The translations under genes and the position numbers were made by a program. 64,000 nucleotides of DNA from an uncultured Ignavibacteriaceae bacterium (GTDB lineage Bacteria; Bacteroidota; Ignavibacteria; Ignavibacteriales; Ignavibacteriaceae), in assembly GCA_964371075.1 (NCBI GenBank), contig CAYJKN010000006.1:128592-192591 (forward strand), written 5' to 3'. Below are positions 1-8,220 of the stretch, in pieces (within the stretch, counting starts at the first letter, position 1; the number at the start of each line of letters is the position of its first letter). Under the pieces are notes generated by a model that saw nothing but the letters and a program-made list of their open reading frames with translations, was not told where the DNA came from and made no database searches.

Positions 1-667
1 CGGTTTTCGGCTGCAGGCCGATAAGTTTTTTCAGAGCTGAAGAAGTATTGCCTTTGGCTTTATCCTCGAGTAGTTTTCCCAAAAGAATAAATGCAATTAC
101 AACGGCAGCAGCTTCAAAGTAAACATGACCATGAAGTCCTCGGTCATGCCAAAAATCGGGGAAAAGGGTGTTGAAAACACTAAAAATATATGCAGTTCCG
201 GTGCTTAAAGCTACCAGAGTATCCATGTTTGCGGTGCCGTGGGAGGTCTGTTGCCAGGCACCGACAAAAAATCTACTTCCAAAATATAGAACCACCGGTG
301 TTGAAAGTGCCCACATGATATAGTTTGCATACGGGATGTTCATGAAGAACATCCCGATTACCACCACAGGGATCGAAAGTAGTATCGCTCCTGTTGTTTT
401 ATATTTGAGGTTTTTTGAAGCTTTTCGATTCAGGTCATCAATATCTTCGTCATCACCTTCAATTACGAGATCATAACCAAAGCTCTGAACGGAAGCTTTT
501 AGTTGATCAGGTGTGATCTGTTTTTCGTCATATTCCACCTGAACAGTCGCATTTGCATAATTAACAATTGCAGTTGTAACGCCGGGTTGTTTTCCCAGAG
601 TTTTTTGTACTCTTGCAGCGCAAGATGCACAGGTCATGTTTAAGACGGGATAAGTTTGTTTTGTCAT
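1..667 (-). CDS. copA: Heavy-metal (Cu-type) P1B ATPase, N-terminal part; gene continues past the left window edge
   Basis: Absent from the ORF track because it is truncated by the window edge. Minus-strand translation from ATG at 667 gives MTKQTYPVLNMTCASCAARVQKTLGKQPGVTTAIVNYANATVQVEYD, an HMA domain with MTCxSC. TM segments follow, then ...FEAAAVVIAFILLGKLLEDKAKGNTSSALKKLIGLQPKT, typical of P1B pumps. Confidence 0.85.
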   Translation of the reverse strand, partial: MTKQTYPVLNMTCASCAARVQKTLGKQPGVTTAIVNYANATVQVEYDEKQITPDQLKASVQSFGYDLVIEGDDEDIDDLNRKASKNLKYKTTGAILLSIPVVVIGMFFMNIPYANYIMWALSTPVVLYFGSRFFVGAWQQTSHGTANMDTLVALSTGTAYIFSVFNTLFPDFWHDRGLHGHVYFEAAAVVIAFILLGKLLEDKAKGNTSSALKKLIGLQPKT

Positions 668-766
668 TTCTTCTACCTTTTCGATTAATTTACAATACAA
701 ACTTACAGATAGCCATAAGCCGGCATGTTACACAATAACGGGAATGATTTACATAATAATGGAATT

Positions 767-1357
767 TTAAACATTATCCAATGTTTTCCGAAAAGTTATA
801 CCCTGTAGCTTAAATTGGGAAGGTGTAAAACCTGTAATTTTCTTAAATTGGCTCGAGAGATGGGCTACACTGCTATAACCCAATTGATCCGATATCTCAC
901 TCAGGCTCATTTCATTATATACAAGGAGTTCTTTCACTTTTTCTATCTTTTGCAGGATCACAAATTGTTCAATCGTGATTCCTTCTGTCTCCGAGAAAAG
1001 TTTGCTAAGGGTGGAGTATTCCCTGTTTAATTCTGCAGCGAGAACTTCAGGGAAGTTGAATTTGTCATCGACCCGATGGTGGATCCTTTCGATTACAATT
1101 GCCTTAATTCGCTCAATCTGTTGTTTCCTTTGATCATCGAGTAACTCAAAACCTGCACTCTCCAACCTCTCTCGCAATTCCAGTTTTTGTTCATTGGCAA
1201 GAGGATTTTCCAATACCACTTCCCCAAGATTTATCAAAAGGGGAACCACACCCATCTTGTTAAAAATTGATTCCACTGCCAGGATGCATCTACGGCATAC
1301 CATGTTTTTTATCGTCAATTTATGTAAACTCATCTTTAACCATGTTTTTGTTATCAA
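767..1357 (-). CDS. AraC/XylS-family transcriptional regulator with HMA-like N-terminal domain
   Basis: C-terminal AraC HTH (LSEISDQLGYSSVAHLSSQFKKITGFTPSQFK). N-terminus LTIKNMVCRRCILAVESIF has a CxxC in HMA-like context. The second Met (MSLHKL, coordinate 1333) is the more likely start. Confidence 0.8.
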   Translation of the reverse strand: MITKTWLKMSLHKLTIKNMVCRRCILAVESIFNKMGVVPLLINLGEVVLENPLANEQKLELRERLESAGFELLDDQRKQQIERIKAIVIERIHHRVDDKFNFPEVLAAELNREYSTLSKLFSETEGITIEQFVILQKIEKVKELLVYNEMSLSEISDQLGYSSVAHLSSQFKKITGFTPSQFKLQGITFRKTLDNV

Positions 1358-1474
1358 ATGGAGAAGTCAATTACCCAATATCATAAAAAATTGGATTAAA
1401 ACAAAAAAGCAGGTGTTGAATTTGGAAACTATTCATATTTTTACCGGGACAATTCAGAATTATGGATTTTTTTG

Positions 1475-2857
1475 ATGTATCATAAAAAAATATTATCTCT
1501 CTTTTTTCTCGCCTCGCTCTTCTTATTCTTTGGGTGTAAATCTGAAGAAAATCCGGTTATCCCGGTCAACACCGGGGGTGAAGTTACCCAATATGGAGTT
1601 CCATTTGCCGACGTTCCTGAGACAAAAGGGGTAATAATGTATGAAATAAACCTGCGGGCATTCAGTTCTCAAGGGAATTTTGCCGGAATTGAAATCCGCC
1701 TCGATTCCATTAAAGCTCTTGGAGTTAATGTGATTTGGCTGATGCCGATTCATCCTGTGGGTAAGTTAAAATCAGTGGGTCAGCTTGGCTCACCCTACTC
1801 TGTTCAGGATTACAACGCTGTTAATCCCGAGTTTGGTACTCTTGATGACCTCAGGCGATTGGTGGAAATAGCACATCAAAAGGGGATAGCTGTGATCCTC
1901 GATTGGGTAGCAAATCATACTGCTTGGGATAATCCCTGGATCGCCAATAAATCCTGGTACACACAAGATGGGAGTGGAAACATAATAATCCCCGCGGGTA
2001 CAAACTGGCAGGATGTGGCTGATCTAAATTATAACAGTCAGGAGATGCGAGCGTCAATGATTAAAGCGATGAAATATTGGGTTCTTGCAGCCAATATAGA
2101 TGGATTTAGATGTGACGCTGCTGATATGATCCCGTTTGATTTTTGGAAGCAGGCAATAGATTCACTTAAAACCATTCCAAACCGTAAACTGATCCTTCTC
2201 GCTGAAGGGGCAAGACTCGACCATTACACTGCCGGTTTTCAACTTACTTACGGTTGGGACTATTATAATAAAATTAAATCAGTGTTTCAGACAGGAGAGA
2301 CAGCTTCAAACATAAGATTTACTAATGCTACAGAATATAACTTCCTCCCTGCGGGTTCACACAGACTTCGATTTACATCAAATCATGATGAGTGTGCATG
2401 GTTTGATACCCCCCTCGGAAATTTTAAGGGTAAGCCGGGTTCGATGGCAGCTTTTGTACTTACTGTTTTTAACGGTGGGGTACCTCTCATTTACAACGGT
2501 CAGGAGGTTGGGTGTTCTGTAAAACTTCCATTCTTTTCCAAAAGTCCTATAGACTGGACTACCAATCCCGATATGATGATTGAATATAAAAATATTCTTT
2601 CATTCAGAAGGGAAAATGCCACAGTTAAGGAGCCGGTTACAGCGGTTGATGCAAATGCTGATGTGGTGCTGTTCAGCAAAAAACTTGGGTCAGAAGAGGT
2701 TTTGGTTATTGTGAATGTTCGAAATACAACAGTCAATTATCAGATTCCGATGACTTGGGCAAACTCTATTTGGAGAAATGCACTTGGTTCAAATCTTATT
2801 ACTCTGAGTACTTCAATAAATTTGGAACCATACAAATATTATGTATTGGTCAAATGA
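1475..2857 (+). CDS. GH13 alpha-amylase-family lipoprotein
   Basis: Lipobox LFFGC. GH13 conserved regions are present: DWVANHT, GFRCDAADM, LLAEG, FTSNHDE. ATG at 1475 is preferred over the TTG at 1472. Confidence 0.85.
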   Translation: MYHKKILSLFFLASLFLFFGCKSEENPVIPVNTGGEVTQYGVPFADVPETKGVIMYEINLRAFSSQGNFAGIEIRLDSIKALGVNVIWLMPIHPVGKLKSVGQLGSPYSVQDYNAVNPEFGTLDDLRRLVEIAHQKGIAVILDWVANHTAWDNPWIANKSWYTQDGSGNIIIPAGTNWQDVADLNYNSQEMRASMIKAMKYWVLAANIDGFRCDAADMIPFDFWKQAIDSLKTIPNRKLILLAEGARLDHYTAGFQLTYGWDYYNKIKSVFQTGETASNIRFTNATEYNFLPAGSHRLRFTSNHDECAWFDTPLGNFKGKPGSMAAFVLTVFNGGVPLIYNGQEVGCSVKLPFFSKSPIDWTTNPDMMIEYKNILSFRRENATVKEPVTAVDANADVVLFSKKLGSEEVLVIVNVRNTTVNYQIPMTWANSIWRNALGSNLITLSTSINLEPYKYYVLVK

Positions 2858-2924
2858 TTTAGAGGTAAGTTCTGATTATGAATATTTAATCCTGTCAAAT
2901 TAACGCTCTCGCAGATTTCGTCAT

Positions 2925-3095
2925 GCAGAGGGCAATCGGGATAATATCTTCCTCCTCTCACTGACGGCTAAAATCCGCGATAATCCGCCTCATCCGTTTC
3001 ATCCGCGTTCTATTTTAAATCTCACTCTGCGAAAATCCGTCTAATCTGAGTGTATTCGCGTCCCCCTTATCCGTCGCATCCGCGTTCTAATTTAA
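2925..3095. repeat. Composite intergenic repeat (CGGAT-word family), inverted copy
   Basis: Seven ATCCG words lie in about 120 bp. There is an internal direct repeat CATCCGCGTTCTAWTTT (about 2998 and about 3077). The reverse complement of 3025-3066 matches 61366-61405 at 34/40 positions (counted by hand). Confidence 0.7.
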
Positions 3096-3215
3096 TGCTA
3101 TCTATAAAGTTGTTCCTTTCCAATTAATAAGACATAATTTTACCGATATTGAGAAATCTGCGCTTGAAGAAATAACAGAAAATGGGATAGCGCATCGAAT
3201 GGCAAGGGTATTGTT

Positions 3216-3232
3216 TGGCATCAAATATGCAT
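3216..3232 (+). promoter_or_regulatory. Possible sigma-54-type -24/-12 promoter upstream of the sensor kinase
   Basis: TGGCAT-CAAAT-ATGCAT has GG and GC at the canonical 12-nt register of TGGCAC-N5-TTGCW, 16-30 nt before the start codon. No enhancer-binding protein is seen in the window. The site also overlaps a TAttgTTTG string. Confidence 0.25.
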
Positions 3233-3247
3233 GACTAAAATAGTTAA

Positions 3248-5248
3248 TTGTGGAAAAGGATAATGTCCGGCGTTATTTTTACTGTTCCTGACAGATGTAA
3301 AAGGTGCTACTCTTGTATTAGAGAGTGCCCGGCCAAAGCTATTCGTGTTGTGAACGGTCAAGCACTAATAATTCAGGACCGCTGTATCTCATGCGGGAAC
3401 TGTCTTGTTGTGTGCTCTCAGCACGCAAAATGCATCGTCAGTAATATCGAATATACTCGAAATGATGTCCTCTCCGACATTGAGTGTGAGCGAATTGCAA
3501 TGGTGGCTCCATCATTTGCGGCATCTTTCCCTGATTCATACGACAAAGTTCCTGCTGCACTAAAAAGGTTGGGGTTTGATACCGTTGTAGAGACCGCCTT
3601 TGGAGCGGATTTGATCAGTGGTGAGTATGTTGATGCTGTAATGAATGCTGATGTGAGACCGGTAATAAGCACCGCATGTCCCGCCGTATTTAACTACATA
3701 CAAAAGTATTACAACCATTTGGTACCCAATCTTGCAAAAATCGTCTCACCGATGATTGCACTTGGCAGGTACTTAAAAAAAGAAAACGGGGAGAAAACAA
3801 AAATAGTTTTTGTTGGTCCTTGTGTTGCCAAGAAGGATGAATTTACTGATGGACCGGTTGAAGGGGTAATTGATTCAGTGATTACCTTCAGTGAATTAAA
3901 AGAGATGCTTTTTGATGATAACATCGTTCTTTCAGAGTTGGAGACATTTCCATTTGACCCTCCAAGAGCGTCTCTTGGAAAAGCATTCCCATTGGCAGGC
4001 GGGCTGTTAAAATCCACTGATCTTCCCGGTGATGTGCTGGATGATGAAATTGTAGTAGTTGAGGGGAGAGAAAAAGTTCTCGAGATAATCGACGAAATCT
4101 CGAACAAAAATATCAATGCAAGGTTTGTTGATATTCTTTTTTGTGAAGGGTGTATTTCCGGGCCTGTAGTTGACAGTGAATTAAATTTTTACTCTAAAAG
4201 AGAAAAAGTAATTGAGTTCATTAAAAAAGACTTAAAACAGGTGGATAAAAAAGTCTGGAAAAGTAATATATTTAACAGCCGGGATATGGACTTCAGTAGA
4301 ACTTTCATTAAAACAAGTGAGAGGAAACCGGCACCTGATGAACCGGTGATAACTGAGATTCTGGCAACTATTGGCATACACAACAAAAACGATGAGTTAA
4401 ATTGTGGTGCATGTGGTTATACAACTTGCAGGGAATTTGCGATTGCGATCGCCAAGGGTCTGAGTGAAAAAGAGATGTGTTTACCCCATCTTCTTGATGA
4501 AATTCGTGAGGCATACGACAATTTACATGAGACAGAGGCTGCGCTCCACTCTGCTGAGAAACTCGCTTCAATAGGGCAATTGGCTGCAGGGGTGGCTCAT
4601 GAAATTAATAATCCACTCGGCACTATTATGGTTTACGCGGGTTTATTAAAAAAATTGTGTGATAAACACAAAATAGAGGCAGACATTGGTGGTGATCTTG
4701 AAATGATAATGGGAGAAGCCAACCGGTGCAAGAATATTGTTGCAAATCTACTTAATTTTGCAAGACAGGGAAAATTAAATGTTACCACTTTCGACATTAT
4801 GGCGGAAGTAAAAGCTATTATGAAAAAACTATCGGTTACGGGCAAACTCGACGGTATATCCGTTGAGATCGATCTGCCTGAAACCGCAGTTGTAATTCAG
4901 GGTGATAGAGACCAGATTGAACAGGTGATCGCTAATCTTGTCCTCAACGCAGTTGATGCAATGGCCGACAAACAAACCAGGAGGATTCGAATAAGACACG
5001 AAGACCTGGGCGAGAATCTCAAAATCTACATAGCGGATTCGGGAGGTGGAATAAAGAAAGAACACTTTAGCAAATTGTTCACACCTTTCTTCACTACAAA
5101 AGAGGCAGGCAAAGGAACAGGTTTAGGATTGGCTATCGCCTATGGCATTATGAAAATGCATAAAGGTGATATCAATTTTAAGAGTGAAGAAGGAAAAGGA
5201 ACCGAGTTCTTTATTAATCTTCCGAAGAAACAGTTCTTAAACATATAG
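3248..5248 (+). CDS. Sensor histidine kinase with N-terminal 2x[4Fe-4S] ferredoxin and [FeFe]-hydrogenase H-domain-like sensor module (putative H2/redox sensor)
   Basis: Ferredoxin motifs CKRCYSCIRECP and CISCGNCLVVCS. H-cluster-like motifs STACP (3668-3682), GPCVAKKDE (3815-3841) and FCEGCISGP. A CGACGYTTC Fe-S motif. HisKA H-box AAGVAHEINNPL, N box NLVLNAVDAM, G boxes DSGGGI and GKGTGLGL. Alternative start ATG at 3263. Confidence 0.85.
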   Translation: MWKRIMSGVIFTVPDRCKRCYSCIRECPAKAIRVVNGQALIIQDRCISCGNCLVVCSQHAKCIVSNIEYTRNDVLSDIECERIAMVAPSFAASFPDSYDKVPAALKRLGFDTVVETAFGADLISGEYVDAVMNADVRPVISTACPAVFNYIQKYYNHLVPNLAKIVSPMIALGRYLKKENGEKTKIVFVGPCVAKKDEFTDGPVEGVIDSVITFSELKEMLFDDNIVLSELETFPFDPPRASLGKAFPLAGGLLKSTDLPGDVLDDEIVVVEGREKVLEIIDEISNKNINARFVDILFCEGCISGPVVDSELNFYSKREKVIEFIKKDLKQVDKKVWKSNIFNSRDMDFSRTFIKTSERKPAPDEPVITEILATIGIHNKNDELNCGACGYTTCREFAIAIAKGLSEKEMCLPHLLDEIREAYDNLHETEAALHSAEKLASIGQLAAGVAHEINNPLGTIMVYAGLLKKLCDKHKIEADIGGDLEMIMGEANRCKNIVANLLNFARQGKLNVTTFDIMAEVKAIMKKLSVTGKLDGISVEIDLPETAVVIQGDRDQIEQVIANLVLNAVDAMADKQTRRIRIRHEDLGENLKIYIADSGGGIKKEHFSKLFTPFFTTKEAGKGTGLGLAIAYGIMKMHKGDINFKSEEGKGTEFFINLPKKQFLNI

Positions 5249-5257
5249 AGGTATAAA

Positions 5258-5665
5258 ATGAACTACGAAAAAAAAATATTATTGGTTGATGACGATATTG
5301 ATATCCTGGAACAAAATAAGATACTTTTTGAAGCAGAAGGTTATACTGTTGAAACAGCAGAGACCAGCAATGATGGCTACGAAAAATTTCTGACATTTAA
5401 ACCGGCTTGTGCCGTTATCGATCTTATGATGGAAGAGTATGACTCAGGATTTGTTCTGGCTCATAAATTAAAAAGGCACCCGCTTGGTAAAAAGATGCCG
5501 GTGTATATCGTAACCGCAGTCGCCAATCAGACCGGGTTGCAGTTCGAGTCGATGACTCCTGAAGAACAGGAATGGATCAATGCTGATGATATTCTGAACA
5601 AACCTGTTGAAATAGAAGAAATTCTTAGCAGAATATCAGACTTTTACGAAAATCAATCCGGTTAA
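5258..5665 (+). CDS. Stand-alone response-regulator receiver protein
   Basis: LLVDDDIDIL, phospho-acceptor context AVIDLMMEE, IVTAV and NKPV. No output domain. Confidence 0.85.
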   Translation: MNYEKKILLVDDDIDILEQNKILFEAEGYTVETAETSNDGYEKFLTFKPACAVIDLMMEEYDSGFVLAHKLKRHPLGKKMPVYIVTAVANQTGLQFESMTPEEQEWINADDILNKPVEIEEILSRISDFYENQSG

Positions 5666-5683
5666 TAATGGAGCTCGAAAAGG

Positions 5684-7180
5684 GTGGAAGATTCTGATCA
5701 TCCTGCCAGGATCCTTTTAGTAGATGATGAAGATTATCTAAGAAACGGAGTAAAACGAATCCTTCAGATAGAGGGATTTGAGGTTGAAACCGCCGAAAAT
5801 GGTGCCGAAGGTATTAAAAAAGGTACCGAATTCGATTTTGATGTCGCGCTTCTTGATCTGAAGATGCCCGACATCAGCGGGATAGAAGTGCTCCGGATGA
5901 TAAGGCAGGCAAGACCAAACACCATCTGTTTTATGGCAACAGCTTATGCCAGTTATGAAACTGCGGTGGAAGCCACAAAACTGGGTGCAGAGGGTTATAT
6001 ACTAAAACCTTTCACCCCCGACGAACTCATCCACAATATAGAAAAAGGTTTACAGAAACGCCGGCTGATCCTTGAAGCGGAGAGGCTTAAGGCCGATCGT
6101 GAAGCCCGCCTCCTTGAACTTGCCTTCGAAAGAAGCAGGCTTAATACAATAATAAACCTGATGGCAGATGGTGTACTGGTGATCAACCAGTTTGGTGAAA
6201 TGGTTTATTATAACCCCGCAGCATTAAGATATCTCGATCTTGATGTGATACTTCTCGCTGAAGAAATACTTGAGATACTTCCTCCTGAAGTGAAGGAAAT
6301 CGCACAAAGGATGATTTCAAAAGAGAAATTTGAAGTTATGGGCGAATCGGTGCAATTTAAACTCTCCTCAAATCCTGATATGTTTGTTGAAGTTACATGT
6401 TCCCCAATCCCCGATCACGAGAAGAAAAAGATTGCCGGAATAGTAATTGTTGCCAAAAACATCACCCAATTTAAGGAAATCGAACAACTCAAATCGCAGT
6501 TTGTTTCGATGGTCTCCCACGAATTAAAAGCTCCTGTTGCTGCAACCATCGGTTTTTTGGATATTCTCCTTAACCCCAAAATGAAATTAACTGATGAGCA
6601 AAGATCCGATTTTTTGACTCGCAGTACCTCACGATTGAGAAGTCTTCTTACAATGGTAAATGACCTTCTCGACATTTCCAGGATTGAATTAAACACTGTT
6701 AAAAGGGAGATTGTAAAAATCGATCTTGCTGCACTTGTGCAAGAAACAGTGGAGATGATGCAATTTGAAGCAGCAAAAAAAAATATCACCATAAAGTTTT
6801 CCGCAGGAGAGAATTCGTTTGCCATTGAGGTTGACAGGCTTGAGATTGAAAGAGTGATCACCAACCTGATGAGCAATGCGGTGAAATATAATAAAACTGA
6901 TGGTGAGGTGCTGGTTTCACTTAAGAAAAAGGGAGCTTATATAATTCTTGAAATAAAGGATACCGGAATTGGCCTAAAACCTGAAGAAAAAAACCGGCTG
7001 TTCTCAGAGTTTTTCAGGGCTAAAAATGAGTTTACAAAAAGCATTCATGGCACCGGACTTGGATTGTCGATAGTTAAAAAGACCATTGACTACTATTCCG
7101 GCAAAATTGAAACTGAAAGTGAATACGGGAAGGGAACCACATTCAAAGTGTTCCTTCCTGAAAAGATTTTGAATAAATAA
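5684..7180 (+). CDS. Hybrid REC-PAS-histidine kinase
   Basis: N-terminal receiver (ILLVDDEDYL, LLDLKMPDISG, LKPF). PAS-like segment (INLMADGVLVINQFGEMVYYNPAAL). H-box SHELKAPV. HATPase motifs NLMSNAVKYN, DTGIGL, GTGLGLSIV. GTG start. Confidence 0.85.
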   Translation: MEDSDHPARILLVDDEDYLRNGVKRILQIEGFEVETAENGAEGIKKGTEFDFDVALLDLKMPDISGIEVLRMIRQARPNTICFMATAYASYETAVEATKLGAEGYILKPFTPDELIHNIEKGLQKRRLILEAERLKADREARLLELAFERSRLNTIINLMADGVLVINQFGEMVYYNPAALRYLDLDVILLAEEILEILPPEVKEIAQRMISKEKFEVMGESVQFKLSSNPDMFVEVTCSPIPDHEKKKIAGIVIVAKNITQFKEIEQLKSQFVSMVSHELKAPVAATIGFLDILLNPKMKLTDEQRSDFLTRSTSRLRSLLTMVNDLLDISRIELNTVKREIVKIDLAALVQETVEMMQFEAAKKNITIKFSAGENSFAIEVDRLEIERVITNLMSNAVKYNKTDGEVLVSLKKKGAYIILEIKDTGIGLKPEEKNRLFSEFFRAKNEFTKSIHGTGLGLSIVKKTIDYYSGKIETESEYGKGTTFKVFLPEKILNK

Positions 7181-7350
7181 TCGTTCTTTGAAACCGGGCG
7201 TGCTTAAAGTAGCACAGACATCATAACAGCGGAACTAATACACAATCTTAGCAGAGAGTTCCGACGGGAGAAGCCTCCCAGAGTCAACCGGAGTAATCCG
7301 GATAACAATATATTCATTCAAAAGACCAAAAATTAATGCAAAGGAAGAGT

Positions 7351-7722
7351 ATGTCTCTTATAGCAATAATTGACGACGACCCGGATATTATCGATGCCAC
7401 ATCTCTTGTACTTATGGCTAACGGATTCGAAGTTATAACAGCCAATAACCCCGGTGACGGGTTTAAAATTATCGCAGAACAAAAACCTGCCCTTATCATT
7501 CTCGATGTAATGATGCAGGAACCTGACGATGGTTTTTTCCTCGCCCAAAAACTCCGCCGCGATGGCGTGTCCACACCTATTCTCATGTACACTTCCGTCT
7601 CTAAAGCATTGGGATTCCAATTCGGAAAAAGTGACATGGTGCCGGTGGATGATTTTGTTGAGAAGCCTGTTTCTGCAGATGTTCTCATTGCCAAAGTTAA
7701 CAAACTCTTAAATAAAAGTTAA
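7351..7722 (+). CDS. Stand-alone response-regulator receiver protein (paralog of 5258..5665)
   Basis: IAIIDDDPDI, LIILDVMMQEPDDGFFLAQKLRR (compare DLMMEEYDSGFVLAHKLKR in the first receiver), EKPV. ATG at 7351 is preceded by AAGGA at 5-nt spacing. The track start at 7336 is the alternative. Confidence 0.85.
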   Translation: MSLIAIIDDDPDIIDATSLVLMANGFEVITANNPGDGFKIIAEQKPALIILDVMMQEPDDGFFLAQKLRRDGVSTPILMYTSVSKALGFQFGKSDMVPVDDFVEKPVSADVLIAKVNKLLNKS

Positions 7723-7733
7723 GGGTAATAAAA

Positions 7734-8207
7734 ATGTTAGTACTTGAAAAAAACAATCTTACCGAAGAGATCGAACTCTTTGCCAGCCAATACGACTTCC
7801 ACAGAACGGCACTTATGCCACTGCTCGAGTACATTCAGGGGAAATATCATCATATCCCTGATTTTGCACAGCAGGAGGTGGCTCGTGTCCTCGATATTCA
7901 TCCGGTTGAAGTGTATGGAGTGATTTCTTTTTATTCATTCCTTAATGATCAGCCAAAAGGAAGAAATATCGTCCGTTTGTGCAGAACAATAATCTGTGAT
8001 ATGGCAGGAAAATGCCAGATTGAAAAGGCTATTGAGCGTGAACTTGGGCTGAAGTTTGGTGAAACCAGCAAAGATCAGAAGATCACACTTGAATTTACCA
8101 ACTGTTTGGGAATGTGTGATCAGGGACCGGCAATGATAGTAAATGACAGAGTTTACACAAAATTGGACCCCGAAAAAGCCTGTGCAATTCTTAAAGAGAT
8201 TAAGTAA
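7734..8207 (+). CDS. hydC: NuoE-like [2Fe-2S] thioredoxin-fold subunit of a multimeric [FeFe] hydrogenase
   Basis: Cys motifs CRTIIC and CLGMCDQGPAM characteristic of the NuoE/HydC family. Lies directly upstream of the NuoF-like gene. Confidence 0.85.
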   Translation: MLVLEKNNLTEEIELFASQYDFHRTALMPLLEYIQGKYHHIPDFAQQEVARVLDIHPVEVYGVISFYSFLNDQPKGRNIVRLCRTIICDMAGKCQIEKAIERELGLKFGETSKDQKITLEFTNCLGMCDQGPAMIVNDRVYTKLDPEKACAILKEIK

Positions 8208-8220
8208 GGAGAGATGAAAC

